Shown here piece by piece: positions 1 through 9,060 of a DNA stretch of 45,882 nucleotides. The stretch is from Candidatus Micrarchaeota archaeon (GTDB taxonomy: Archaea > Micrarchaeota > Micrarchaeia > Anstonellales > J096). The position numbers and the translations under genes are program-made. The first letter of the stretch is position 1, and every line of letters begins with the position of its first letter. The notes under the pieces are model-generated. The model was given only the letters and a program-made list of their open reading frames with translations, did no database searches and was not told where the DNA came from. The stretch is taken from assembly GCA_013153395.1 (NCBI GenBank), contig JAADEL010000030.1, forward strand, positions 1 to 45,882, in the 5' to 3' direction.

Positions 1-210
1 TAATTAACTACCTCATGTTATTTAAATAAGCATATACCGGTATTCCCACATCCTCTATCTCGCTATAGAGGTAAAATAGGCTACTGTTTGAGAAGCTCTA
101 ACAATTATATTTCCTTAAGCCAGGCATAGAGACCCTCAGACTTCACCTCACCACAAAATGCTTACTTTTCCTGAAACAAATTATTTCCCATGACATCTAT
201 AAGAACTTGT

Positions 211-351
211 TGAAAGGGCAGAGTAGTAAGAGCATCTAGCCCTTTCAGTCGCCTAATAGGGTCCGGGGTTTTTGAAAGGGCTGCTCTCTATAAGAGGACT
301 AGCCCTTTCATTTGATAAAGGGGGCTGGCTATTAGGGGACTGGCCCTTTAT
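211..351. repeat. Three tandem 37-38 bp palindromic units (TGAAAGGGC-N19/20-GCCCTTTCA type) downstream of tRNA-Ala
   Basis: 211-247 and 273-310 share perfect 9-bp arms TGAAAGGGC/GCCCTTTCA. 315-351 has ATAAAGGG/CCCTTTAT arms. The loops are related (TAAGAG..CTAG-like). Confidence 0.8.
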
Positions 352-353
352 AA

Positions 354-425
354 TGGACCCTGGGGGATTCGAACCCCCGGCCTCTCCCATGCCAAGGGAG
401 CGATCTACCACTGATCTAAGGGCCC
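354..425 (-). tRNA. tRNA-Ala(GGC)
   Basis: Cloverleaf GGGCCCT...AGGGTCC-A, anticodon arm CTCCC-TT-GGC-AT-GGGAG, G3:U70 Ala identity pair, TTCGAAT T-loop, no encoded CCA. Confidence 0.97.
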
Positions 426-1021
426 TCGTTTTTATTTTTGGTGAAGAAGGTTTTATAAATTTTCTCTCCAAGCGCCCAGAGGATGGACAACAACATCACA
501 TAAAGAATAAAAATCCTCTTATAACCATATACATATTGAATATTTCCGATAGGGAATGGGAGATAAACCACCGCTTCATTGCAATCATACTTCTCCACCG
601 TTACATTCACTACCTTGGGCTCCACAAAAGGCAAGAACTCAATCGTCTTCAATGTCCCATTCTCGTAGATAAAGGCCTGGGTGCCATTATAGGCAAGGCA
701 GATTTCCCCTGTAGGTTTTTCCGTATATTCCACAGGATAGATAAAATCTATGGCCGTATAAAGGAGGAAAAACAACGCCAAAGTAAAAAGCATGGCTTTC
801 ATCGATTCTTTCATCTGCTTCTTAGAGATCTCAATGAGCTTCTGCTGTCTCTCTTGAATCTTCTCTACGTCCGCACTAGGGCCCTCCTTAAGGAGCTCCT
901 TATAGGTATCAAAGTACTCCTTGCGATATTGTTGAAGCTTCTCCCGACTATAAAAGAAAGGAGCCAAATAGCGGTTGGCCAGAATATAAATCAGGGCCAA
1001 CACTAAGATGATTGTTTCCAT
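416..1021 (-). CDS. DUF106 / EMC3-Get1 (Oxa1 superfamily) membrane protein
   Basis: TM, coiled-coil, TM architecture with LPF motif. Canonical position after secY-adk. Confidence 0.8.
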   Translation of the reverse strand: METIILVLALIYILANRYLAPFFYSREKLQQYRKEYFDTYKELLKEGPSADVEKIQERQQKLIEISKKQMKESMKAMLFTLALFFLLYTAIDFIYPVEYTEKPTGEICLAYNGTQAFIYENGTLKTIEFLPFVEPKVVNVTVEKYDCNEAVVYLPFPIGNIQYVYGYKRIFILYVMLLSILWALGEKIYKTFFTKNKNEGP

Positions 1022-1590
1022 GCATTCAACAACTCTTCCAGTTCCTTTACCGCCTCTTGAAGCTTGCCCTCTCTGTTCAAGATAATCTTAACCGGCGAAC
1101 CTATCCGGATAGAACAAGCAGTAAGCACCGCTAGGTTCATGTTATCATGCAACCTGAGATGAAGGATGTCCTCTAGATCCCTATACCGACTGGCATCCCT
1201 TCTTCTTCTCTCTAGGATCTCCTCATGATCAGTGGTGATGTAGATAAAGCCCTTTATCTTCATCTTTTGAAGCATGATATCGTGGATACCTGGCATAAAT
1301 CCATAGGGTGTCTTTACAGAGGCATGGGTATCCACCAATATAATCTTATCAGGATTCTCTTTCTCAATCTCATTGATGCGATCCACTGCCAGCTCCTGGA
1401 GATACTCGATTTGCTCGGCTGTGAGCTTCTTCCTCATCTCATCCCTATGCTGGATTCCAAACTCCTTCTGGGCTACCTCCAGCATCAGGCTACCAAAAGA
1501 TATAATAATAAGGTCTCCGTTGTTCTTGCTCACTTCATTGAGCAGGGTGGTTTTTCCTGCTCCTGGCAAACCCGTAATCACCAATATCAT
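1003..1590 (-). CDS. adkA: Archaeal adenylate kinase
   Basis: P-loop GLPGAGKTT, DTH motif, RRRRDASRYRD lid; follows secY. Confidence 0.93.
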   Translation of the reverse strand: MILVITGLPGAGKTTLLNEVSKNNGDLIIISFGSLMLEVAQKEFGIQHRDEMRKKLTAEQIEYLQELAVDRINEIEKENPDKIILVDTHASVKTPYGFMPGIHDIMLQKMKIKGFIYITTDHEEILERRRRDASRYRDLEDILHLRLHDNMNLAVLTACSIRIGSPVKIILNREGKLQEAVKELEELLNAWKQSS

Positions 1591-2996
1591 ACCTTCTCAC
1601 CCAACAAACCAGCCAATTGAGGAGCATAAATCTTGATAGCCTCTCTAATCTGAGGCAACATCCTTTCATAGATAGAGATGGTTAGCAAGATACCTGTACC
1701 TGTTCCTAGCACCGCCAATGCATCTCCAATACCCGCCAACAACCCAATTACCAAAGAACTTAGCTTAATCAAAGGATCCACGTACTCCACAATCTTCTTC
1801 TCCAATATACGAGGATCCCTTCTATATCCTTGGACCTGAACCTGAGGGTATTGTCGAAGTTGCTTGGCCAAGGACTTTCCATCCTGGCCCATGGTCTCGG
1901 CCCATAGCACACCGAAAATCATCGAGGTTATTCCCAGCACAATGATGTGAATTATCAAATGGAGCCATTCTGGAATGCCCAACACAGGCACTGTTCCAGA
2001 GAATACGGTGTTAAGATAGGAAGGGATATTGTAGTGGTTGGCAGGCAAAGGTCCCAGCACATAGAGGATAGCCCCGATAAATCGGGCAATCTGGGCCAAC
2101 AAGTCCTCACCCGGAATCTGAAGCAAGGAAAGGCCCAGCTGATAGAGCATAAGCAAGAATATGGATGCAAATATCACAGGAATAGTGGTAAGGTAAAAGA
2201 ATGGGAGTTCTATCTTCCTATCTTGCCCCATTATGGTTAATGGAATGCTTACCTTCATGCTCTGGATCCAGGTAATCACATAGATGGCAATGGCGGTGGT
2301 TATCAATGGAATAATCTGAACTAGAGCAGTCTGGAGGGCCTCAATACCCACTCCTTTCAAGAATTGGGAGATTATTCCCACATCTTCATTAAACAAGATA
2401 TAGAGAGCGCCTGACACCACCGCATAGGACACTCCTGCGGCAATAAAGAGGGAGATACCCGAGGTCAATCCATATTTGGTGGATATTTGATCAAGGTAAA
2501 TCACAAATATAGCACCTAGCACAATCTGGAGGGCCACCAAGTGCATGGTAATAGGATTGCCATAAAAGGCCTCAGAAACATAAGGGCCAGTAGCTGTGGG
2601 ACCTATTGCTCCATAGGCATAAAGATAGGCCTGAATCAAGGCCAATATCACAGCCACTACTACTTGAGCCTCAGCGAAGATTTTCCTTTTCTCCGGAGAA
2701 TCCAGCTTAAAATTAACCACACCTCCTCCTATCAACAGCTGAAGGAGTAAGCTTGCAATAATAATAGGTCCAATACCCAAAGTAAGCAAGGTACCGGCAC
2801 GGGATGCCACAATAATGCTCAAGAGGTCCATCTGGGTGTTGGTGTGCTTTACACCAATCACCACTGTATGCATCATCAAGAAATAAACCACAAGGATAGC
2901 TACACTCCAGAGTATCTTCTCCTTAAGAGAAAGCGCATACTTTGGACTAGGAATAGTAGGAAAATAACGATAAAGTTCAGCTAGCTTCTCTATCAC
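1587..2996 (-). CDS. secY: Preprotein translocase SecY (Sec61 alpha)
   Basis: TLLTLGIGPII, SGISLFIAAGV, GYRRDPRILE and GTGTGILL motifs; about 10 TM segments. Confidence 0.97.
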   Translation of the reverse strand: MIEKLAELYRYFPTIPSPKYALSLKEKILWSVAILVVYFLMMHTVVIGVKHTNTQMDLLSIIVASRAGTLLTLGIGPIIIASLLLQLLIGGGVVNFKLDSPEKRKIFAEAQVVVAVILALIQAYLYAYGAIGPTATGPYVSEAFYGNPITMHLVALQIVLGAIFVIYLDQISTKYGLTSGISLFIAAGVSYAVVSGALYILFNEDVGIISQFLKGVGIEALQTALVQIIPLITTAIAIYVITWIQSMKVSIPLTIMGQDRKIELPFFYLTTIPVIFASIFLLMLYQLGLSLLQIPGEDLLAQIARFIGAILYVLGPLPANHYNIPSYLNTVFSGTVPVLGIPEWLHLIIHIIVLGITSMIFGVLWAETMGQDGKSLAKQLRQYPQVQVQGYRRDPRILEKKIVEYVDPLIKLSSLVIGLLAGIGDALAVLGTGTGILLTISIYERMLPQIREAIKIYAPQLAGLLGEKV

Positions 2997-3399
2997 TGAT
3001 TATCACTTTTCCCCCAACTTTCTCAATCTTCTCGATTGCCTTCTGGGAAGCTGCCTTTGCCTCTACAATCACAGGAAAGTCTATCTTTCCTGTTCCCAGA
3101 AGCTTTCCTTCAAAGCTGAGCTTGTAGTAGTCTCCTTCTTTCTCCAGCTCGTTATTTCGGACCATGTTTACAATGTCGTAGATGTTAAGGGTAACCATGC
3201 GCTTCTTTCTCCTATAGAAGCCGTGTTTTCCTAGCTGGTCCATCTCATGGGCAGTTACCAGCGTCCACTTGTGCTTCCAGCGTCCTGCCCTTCCGAATCC
3301 TCCTCTGTTACCCGAACCTCTGCGGTTCTTGATGTTTCCATGACCAAAGCGTCTGCTACCCAGCTTCTTTAACTTCTTTTTCTTATGTCTCCTTACCAT
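2977..3399 (-). CDS. rpl15: 50S ribosomal protein uL15
   Basis: GSRRFGHG..RRGSGNRGGFGRAG and KLLGTG motifs; synteny. Confidence 0.95.
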   Translation of the reverse strand: MVRRHKKKKLKKLGSRRFGHGNIKNRRGSGNRGGFGRAGRWKHKWTLVTAHEMDQLGKHGFYRRKKRMVTLNIYDIVNMVRNNELEKEGDYYKLSFEGKLLGTGKIDFPVIVEAKAASQKAIEKIEKVGGKVIISDREAS

Positions 3400-3400
3400 T

Positions 3401-3811
3401 TTACATCATCCTCTTTAACAACTCATCCATATTATCCCGAGGGCCTAATGCCCCATACGGATAGGCCTTTTTTATGGACTTCCATCCCTTCCTAGGAGGA
3501 TGGAGCCTAAATACAGGGTCCATCAAATCATCGTATTTCTCTCCTTTCTTCATTCTTTCAAGAACCTCCTCAGGGTTGGCTACTTTCTTGGACCCCTTTT
3601 CTCCTCGCTTTTGGATAAGCTTGAGCAAGGTCTCATCGGAGACCTCACCATAGGTCACATAATCCTTTACCACCTTTAGCATTCCGCGAATAGCAGGTGT
3701 ATCAGGTACCACTACCGCATGGTTAGGCTTGTGAAGCCTGAGCAGCTTTAAGGTGTGCCTAATCTTAGGAGCAACGTTGTGAATACCTCTTACTCTTACT
3801 ACCACTATCAT
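3401..3811 (-). CDS. rpl30: 50S ribosomal protein uL30
   Basis: VVRVRG, TLKLLRLHKPNH, FRLHPPRKG motifs. Confidence 0.95.
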   Translation of the reverse strand: MIVVVRVRGIHNVAPKIRHTLKLLRLHKPNHAVVVPDTPAIRGMLKVVKDYVTYGEVSDETLLKLIQKRGEKGSKKVANPEEVLERMKKGEKYDDLMDPVFRLHPPRKGWKSIKKAYPYGALGPRDNMDELLKRMM

Positions 3812-4404
3812 GCTACCTCACCCTCAATCTTCTTCAAGGCCTCAAACACGGCCTGTACCAAACTATAGCGGTTTTTCACAGACCCACGGACCTTAGACCA
3901 GATATCCTTTACTCCTGCCAGCCTCAAGATGGCCTTTACGTTATCGTTGGCCACTAGACCTACACCACGAGGTGCAGGGATGAGCTCTACAGAGGTGGCA
4001 GATACCTTAGCATCTACCTTGTGAGGCAATGAATGCTTAATATCACACTTACACTCCCAAGAACCACATCCTCCGATTACCTTAATAAGGTTTCTCTTTG
4101 CTCGGTTGATGGCCTTCTCACGGGCAGTGGCAAACTCGCTAGACTTACCCATTCCATATCCGATATGGCCTGCTTCATCTCCTACCACTACCACAACCCT
4201 GTAGGACATCTTCCTACCAGAGTCGGTTACTCGCTGGGTTGTTCTTACCTCAATAATCTCGGTCTTGAGGCCAGGAAGGAGATAATCTACAATCTGATGC
4301 TCCAGGATAGGCTTACCGAGGGCAAGCACCTCATCAATGCTCTTGAACTTTCCTTCTTTAACAGCACGCCCTAACTTGGTCTTTGGGATCCATTCAGTGG
4401 TCAT
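3808..4404 (-). CDS. rps5: 30S ribosomal protein uS5
   Basis: WIPKTKLGRAV, GCGSWEC, PAPRGVGLV motifs. Confidence 0.97.
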   Translation of the reverse strand: MTTEWIPKTKLGRAVKEGKFKSIDEVLALGKPILEHQIVDYLLPGLKTEIIEVRTTQRVTDSGRKMSYRVVVVVGDEAGHIGYGMGKSSEFATAREKAINRAKRNLIKVIGGCGSWECKCDIKHSLPHKVDAKVSATSVELIPAPRGVGLVANDNVKAILRLAGVKDIWSKVRGSVKNRYSLVQAVFEALKKIEGEVA

Positions 4405-4901
4405 TTAGCCTCACCCAACAACGACTTCACAAAGGAATCCACTTCCTCTTTTTTTACTTTACCAGAACTTTTATAAACCCTATCCATGTCTAGGTCCTCT
4501 GGAACCTTGATCTCTATGCCGGCATCCTGGGCACCCTTGGCCACATAGAAGGCAAAGTTTCCTCGAGTAGGGGTATGCAATCCCATATCCAATACCAATC
4601 TATCGTATCCCTTTTCCTTAGCCAGCTTTCCTAGGAGTACTCCTGTCACATATGCGGTAGGAATGTTCTTGGTGTGCTTCCAGCCCTTCTTTGCCAACAC
4701 ATGCCTATCCACCCTTATCACTGTTCTATCTCCCTTTTCATCAAACACTATGACCTGGGCAATCACCTGGGTGTTGGTTTTTCTTGCTACCAGCCTAGGC
4801 AAACCGCTCTTTAGGAGTGCAAGCCTCTTACGGTAGTTGGTCTTTCCCTCCCGACGACGTCTAAACGGAACATGATAGGTTGGTCCCTTTGCTCTAGACA
4901 T
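4401..4901 (-). CDS. rpl18: 50S ribosomal protein uL18
   Basis: VPFRRRREGKTNYRKRLALLKSG motif. Confidence 0.96.
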   Translation of the reverse strand: MSRAKGPTYHVPFRRRREGKTNYRKRLALLKSGLPRLVARKTNTQVIAQVIVFDEKGDRTVIRVDRHVLAKKGWKHTKNIPTAYVTGVLLGKLAKEKGYDRLVLDMGLHTPTRGNFAFYVAKGAQDAGIEIKVPEDLDMDRVYKSSGKVKKEEVDSFVKSLLGEAK

Positions 4902-5334
4902 CTACATCACCCTTCAACAGGTTATTGGATTTGAGGTAGTTGAGTAGGAAACGCTTGCTTCGGATATAACCTCCCTTTGCCTTGCGATAAACATCATTCT
5001 TTGTCCTTGTATCGATTTTGCCTTCCTGATGGAGCTGCTTGATAAGCTTCCTCAATGCCCTGATCTTCATCATCCACTGCTTCTTCTTTGGCAGTCGAGA
5101 ATACTTGGTACCTTTTCTTCGACCAGGCCCTTGTTCTCTTTCCTTTTTCTTCCTCCTTCTTCCCTTGGCAGGGACGATGTAGGCAATCTCATGGAATCGA
5201 GCCTTTACATCCTCCCTTCTCACAATCTCCGCTTTCAATATCTCCAATACTTCTCGCCCTTCTTTGATCTTGATGCGGTTTTGGCCTACGCCGAATATAT
5301 CTGAGGCAAGGCGTTTAAATGTAGCTATGTTCAT
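4894..5334 (-). CDS. rpl19e: 50S ribosomal protein eL19
   Basis: KRLASDI, GPGRRKG, WMMKIRALR, YRKAKGG motifs. Confidence 0.95.
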   Translation of the reverse strand: MNIATFKRLASDIFGVGQNRIKIKEGREVLEILKAEIVRREDVKARFHEIAYIVPAKGRRRKKKEREQGPGRRKGTKYSRLPKKKQWMMKIRALRKLIKQLHQEGKIDTRTKNDVYRKAKGGYIRSKRFLLNYLKSNNLLKGDVDV

Positions 5335-5702
5335 TCTTTCTCACCTCCTTTACCAGGGTTGAGTACATGGATGTTGAGCTCCTTGGCCTTGGCCACTATC
5401 TCCAATCTCTTCTTCTTCCCTACTCGGGCAGCAATGCGGATAGCCTGTTTCTCAGGATCCACCTTTTCCAGGTCCTCTACTCTATATACTAGCACCTCGA
5501 AATAACCGGATGGATGCCTTCCTCGAAGAGAGTCGGGGTTTTTATAGCCGATGTTGGGAAGGGCACCTGCCCACTTCTTGCGAATGCGTTTTTTGTTACC
5601 TACTCCTCGAGGTCTTCTCCAGCGATCTTTAATGCGCTTTTTCATTGCATGCCCTCTACTAGGGCCAAGAACATTAAAGGTAGGTTTCTTCTTTTTCTTC
5701 AT
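5331..5702 (-). CDS. rpl32e: 50S ribosomal protein eL32
   Basis: WRRPRG, RGRHPSG, VLNP motifs. Confidence 0.95.
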   Translation of the reverse strand: MKKKKKPTFNVLGPSRGHAMKKRIKDRWRRPRGVGNKKRIRKKWAGALPNIGYKNPDSLRGRHPSGYFEVLVYRVEDLEKVDPEKQAIRIAARVGKKKRLEIVAKAKELNIHVLNPGKGGEKE

Positions 5703-6184
5703 TCTATCACCTTATAGATTCCGTCTTGGAACACCCTTCTATCCTTGTTTCGGATGCGGGTGGCCTGCTTTATGCTGGTGTAAGCATTACCTAGGGCCTC
5801 CTTATCCCAGCTCTCCAGCTCAATCTCCTGTCCTTTGATGGTGACCTTAACATCCTTAGGGATCTTGGCCTCTCGAGGCTTCTTCTCTCCCAGGAAGTTC
5901 TCTATGATGAGCTTGTTGCCCTGCATCTTAAGCTTGATGGGGAAGTGGGCATACCTTGCCACCAATCTTAGCTTATAGGGCTCCTTTACACCTCTAATCA
6001 TGTTCTGAACAATGCGCTTTACGGTGTTGATCATGGCCTTGTCTTTAGCCTCTACCTTGAGCTCTCCGTTCTCTATCCAGATTCTAAGGCCTTCTCCTTT
6101 GAACTCCTTCTTGTGAGGGCCCACATATACAGTGGTTCCCTCCACACGCACATTCTCATCCACTTCTACCTTGATATCTCTCAT
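5699..6184 (-). CDS. rpl6: 50S ribosomal protein uL6 (shortened)
   Basis: YAHFPI, NFLGEK, DRRVFQDGIY motifs. Confidence 0.95.
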   Translation of the reverse strand: MRDIKVEVDENVRVEGTTVYVGPHKKEFKGEGLRIWIENGELKVEAKDKAMINTVKRIVQNMIRGVKEPYKLRLVARYAHFPIKLKMQGNKLIIENFLGEKKPREAKIPKDVKVTIKGQEIELESWDKEALGNAYTSIKQATRIRNKDRRVFQDGIYKVIE

Positions 6185-6194
6185 TGAGCATCAC

Positions 6195-6587
6195 CTAGTA
6201 AACATAAGCCAACAATCTTCCACCAATACGGAGCTCTTTGGCCTTCTTGTTGCTCATCACTCCTTGAGGAGTTGTTAATATCAGGATGCCCTGGAGATAG
6301 GAAGGAAGATACTGCTTTTCATAATCCACTATCTCCAGATACTTTACAGGAAACCTAGGATAGATGGCCTTAAGCTCCTTTATCTTTCCGGCCAGCTTTA
6401 CCTTAAGGGCCTCATGCCCTTGATATTCTACAGGCTCAAAATCCTCGATATATCCTTCCTCTTTAAGCACGTTAAGCACATCCTTGATGAGGCGAGAGGA
6501 TTTCTTTACCAATATCTCCTTCTTTCCTACTCGCTCCGAGAGCATGATTTGGTTGAGTACTTCGGCCAACAAATACCTACTTGCCAT
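6195..6587 (-). CDS. rps8: 30S ribosomal protein uS8
   Basis: IYPRFPVK, TTPQGVMS, GGRLLAYVY motifs; SD GGTGGGAG upstream. Confidence 0.96.
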   Translation of the reverse strand: MASRYLLAEVLNQIMLSERVGKKEILVKKSSRLIKDVLNVLKEEGYIEDFEPVEYQGHEALKVKLAGKIKELKAIYPRFPVKYLEIVDYEKQYLPSYLQGILILTTPQGVMSNKKAKELRIGGRLLAYVY

Positions 6588-6596
6588 TCTCCCACC

Positions 6597-6767
6597 TCAA
6601 TGGAACTTATAAAATCCAAGTTCCTCGGCTCTTTCCCTGAAGCATCTTCGGCATATATAGAGTCCATACTTTCTTATCAATCCACGTGAGGTACCGCATA
6701 TCCTGCACTTTCTCCTACCTTTACCACGAGCAGTATCCAAAGCCTTTAGTTTAGTCTTTTCATCCAT
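6597..6767 (-). CDS. rps14: 30S ribosomal protein uS14 (56 aa; absent from the ORF track)
   Basis: Manual translation [56 protein letters not shown], with a CxxC...CxxC zinc finger; lies between rpl5 and rps8. Confidence 0.95.
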   Translation of the reverse strand: MDEKTKLKALDTARGKGRRKCRICGTSRGLIRKYGLYICRRCFRERAEELGFYKFH

Positions 6768-7273
6768 TATACCACCTCAACACCGAATTTCTGTTTAATA
6801 TATTCCATAGCCTCTTCAGGCTTAATACGATGATGCTTTCCCACTTTACTAGGAGCCCTCTTTCTCTTCTTCACCCTATAACCCGGTCTTTCCAGGGTTA
6901 CCACCACATCAAATCCAAACATACCAATCTCAGGATCATACTTGGCTCCTGGGAAATCAATGTACTCCTTTATTCCAATGGAGAAGTTTCCTGCTTCATC
7001 AAAGCTCTTCTTGCTTATCTTGTTCTTCACCGACTTGAAGGCCTTCCTCAAGATCTCCTCAGCATCCTTTCCTCTAAGGGTGACCTTTACACCGATAGGC
7101 AAACCTGGTCGGATTTTGAAGGTAGGATTCCTTACCTTGGCCTGGGTAAAGGTGGCCTTTTTACCGGTGATCCTTTCAAGGAGCTTCTTAGCATTCTCTA
7201 ATCTCTCTCCAGGCTGCCCTACTCCAATGTTTAAGGTTACCTTCTCAATCTTTATTTCTCTCATCGGATTCAT
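6767..7273 (-). CDS. rpl5: 50S ribosomal protein uL5
   Basis: [34 protein letters not shown] motifs. Confidence 0.97.
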   Translation of the reverse strand: MNPMREIKIEKVTLNIGVGQPGERLENAKKLLERITGKKATFTQAKVRNPTFKIRPGLPIGVKVTLRGKDAEEILRKAFKSVKNKISKKSFDEAGNFSIGIKEYIDFPGAKYDPEIGMFGFDVVVTLERPGYRVKKRKRAPSKVGKHHRIKPEEAMEYIKQKFGVEVV

Positions 7274-7953
7274 GCTTCATCACCCAGGAAAAACAGGTAT
7301 CGGTAGTCGGTGGAGATCTCGCCCTCCGGAGTATCTAAACGGGCAATCTTCTTTCCTCCAATATGATCCACTGCTATCAACCTTCCCTTTATTCCTCTGT
7401 GCTTACCGGTGGTGATAATGCAAAGGCTATCCACCTTTTGAGGAATAACCTTCACTATCTTTTTTTCACCAAGGTCAAATACTACCGTATCTCCTACCTT
7501 GATGGTATTGTCCTCGGTGAGATAGGTACGGCCATCATGGAAGGTAAGCTGGAGCTTACCTCCTTTTACCTTGTGTTTTCTTATCACCTTAAGCATCTTA
7601 TGGGAGGTGTCTTCCACAGGATAAAGAGCAAACCCATCCTTGCTATACTCCACCTTATAGGACTTATCTCCTTCAATGGTAATATAATCTTGGTATCCGA
7701 CAGGGAACTTCAAATCCTTGATGGTGCGGTTATCTACCTTTACCTTTCCTTGGCTAAGCACGTACTTTGCCTCTCGGGTATTCTGTACAATCCCTAGATA
7801 ATCCCTCAACAGCACCCCGAGTGCTACACTATCCTTTAGAGGATGGGGTCCTGCTCTAGGCTTTAGAAGATAAGTATAAGCCTTTCTAAGCACTCGCACC
7901 ACAGGAGGGGCACTTAATCTCTTCAAGTGATGTTTAGGTCCTCTTTGAGCCAT
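7270..7953 (-). CDS. rps4e: 30S ribosomal protein eS4
   Basis: HLKRLSAP, PRAGPH, FPVG, HDGRT motifs. Confidence 0.96.
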   Translation of the reverse strand: MAQRGPKHHLKRLSAPPVVRVLRKAYTYLLKPRAGPHPLKDSVALGVLLRDYLGIVQNTREAKYVLSQGKVKVDNRTIKDLKFPVGYQDYITIEGDKSYKVEYSKDGFALYPVEDTSHKMLKVIRKHKVKGGKLQLTFHDGRTYLTEDNTIKVGDTVVFDLGEKKIVKVIPQKVDSLCIITTGKHRGIKGRLIAVDHIGGKKIARLDTPEGEISTDYRYLFFLGDEA

Positions 7954-7958
7954 CTATC

Positions 7959-8258
7959 TCACCTTTTTATGATAATAACATTAGAAGGATGAATAGGAAT
8001 ATAGACATCCTTTCCTTGGGAATTCTTTCTCTGGATTCCTTCAATGTAGATGCGCACCCTCTTCCTATCCACCTTTACTACCTTTCCCTCTTTACCTTTG
8101 TGATCTCCGCGAAGTACCCTAACTGTGTCTCCTGTCTTTACCACATCCCTCTTTTTATCGATGCCCGCCTCTTGGGCTACAGGAGCTCTTACTAGCTCCT
8201 TTCTCTTATGCACCGGAGTGTTGAAGAATTTCTTTCGGGAGGTTCTTCTTGTTCCCAT
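7959..8258 (-). CDS. rpl24: 50S ribosomal protein uL24
   Basis: KOW motif GDTVRVLRGDHKGKEGKV and PIHPSNV. Confidence 0.96.
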   Translation of the reverse strand: MGTRRTSRKKFFNTPVHKRKELVRAPVAQEAGIDKKRDVVKTGDTVRVLRGDHKGKEGKVVKVDRKRVRIYIEGIQRKNSQGKDVYIPIHPSNVIIIKR

Positions 8259-8653
8259 TATACCACACCCTGGGCAATACCCGCTACCTTAGGGAATCTC
8301 TCGGCTGCCTCTCTAGCAACCACTCCTTTTACCTCTGTTCCCACTGGGATTCCTTCCTCGTTAATCACTACAGCAGCATTATCCTCAAAGGCCACTCTAT
8401 AACCTCTGCGGTTGAATTCTTTCTTTTGGCGGATGATAACGGCTTTTACCACCGTTCCCACAAGCTTGGGATCCCCCTTCTTAACAGAGCAGATAACCAC
8501 ATCACCCACACCAGCTCTAGGATATCTTCCTCTTACTCCTTTATAGTGCTCCACTCCAATAATCATGAGAACCTTAGCACCACTATTATCATCGCATTTA
8601 AGATAAGTGCCCGTAGTTAAGGTCTTTACAACCTTTGCCCTAACCGCCTTCAT
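8258..8653 (-). CDS. rpl14: 50S ribosomal protein uL14
   Basis: CDDNSGAK, FEDNAAV, GVVAREAAER motifs. Confidence 0.97.
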   Translation of the reverse strand: MKAVRAKVVKTLTTGTYLKCDDNSGAKVLMIIGVEHYKGVRGRYPRAGVGDVVICSVKKGDPKLVGTVVKAVIIRQKKEFNRRGYRVAFEDNAAVVINEEGIPVGTEVKGVVAREAAERFPKVAGIAQGVV

Positions 8654-8967
8654 GCTTCTTCACCTCTTTTTACAACCTTGGTCACAACCCATGCCTTGGT
8701 TTTGCTTATCTTGCGGGTTTGCTGTGCAATCACCTCATCTCCTACTCGGAGGGAGATGCCATCAGGTACATGGGCATGGATCTTGGACCTCTTTCTCATG
8801 TATCGCTTATACTTCGGGATGCGCACAATAAAGGTCCTTTCGATAGTAACAGTGTTTTTAGCCTTAGTGCTTACCACCTTACCTCTCACTGATATACCGC
8901 GCGGTAGGATCTTCTCCTCTTTAATGCGTTCTTGAAGTTTCTTATTCAACTCCTCTAAAGATGACAT
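8650..8967 (-). CDS. rps17: 30S ribosomal protein uS17
   Basis: GKVVSTKAKNTV, KYKRYMRKRSKIHAH, ISKTK motifs. Start moved to ATG 8967 because ATG 8994 lies only about 3 nt from the TATA box. Confidence 0.92.
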   Translation of the reverse strand: MSSLEELNKKLQERIKEEKILPRGISVRGKVVSTKAKNTVTIERTFIVRIPKYKRYMRKRSKIHAHVPDGISLRVGDEVIAQQTRKISKTKAWVVTKVVKRGEEA

Positions 8968-9060
8968 GGCTATCAAGTTTAGTATATCGGGCATATGTTT
9001 AAATACTTATAGGCTTTGCACTCCCTAAGCATTTATATGGAGTTGCGCTCAAAATAAACA

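Noticed and set aside
1..210. Possible gene or replication origin in the AT-rich left end
   Set aside because: Only very short ORFs, no recognisable ORB motif or cdc6; context is cut by the window edge.
211..351. CRISPR mini-array (TTGAAAG resembles archaeal repeat ends)
   Set aside because: The units are self-complementary with variable interiors, the gaps are 25 and 4 bp rather than regular spacers, and no cas genes are in view.
253..1006. ORFs 253-471(-) and 272-1006(+)
   Set aside because: They run through tRNA-Ala or antisense to DUF106; peptides such as PGGFEPP are tRNA shadow translations.
1225..8935. Numerous plus-strand ORFs opposite the ribosomal cluster
   Set aside because: Antisense shadows of well-identified genes, with no motifs or promoters.
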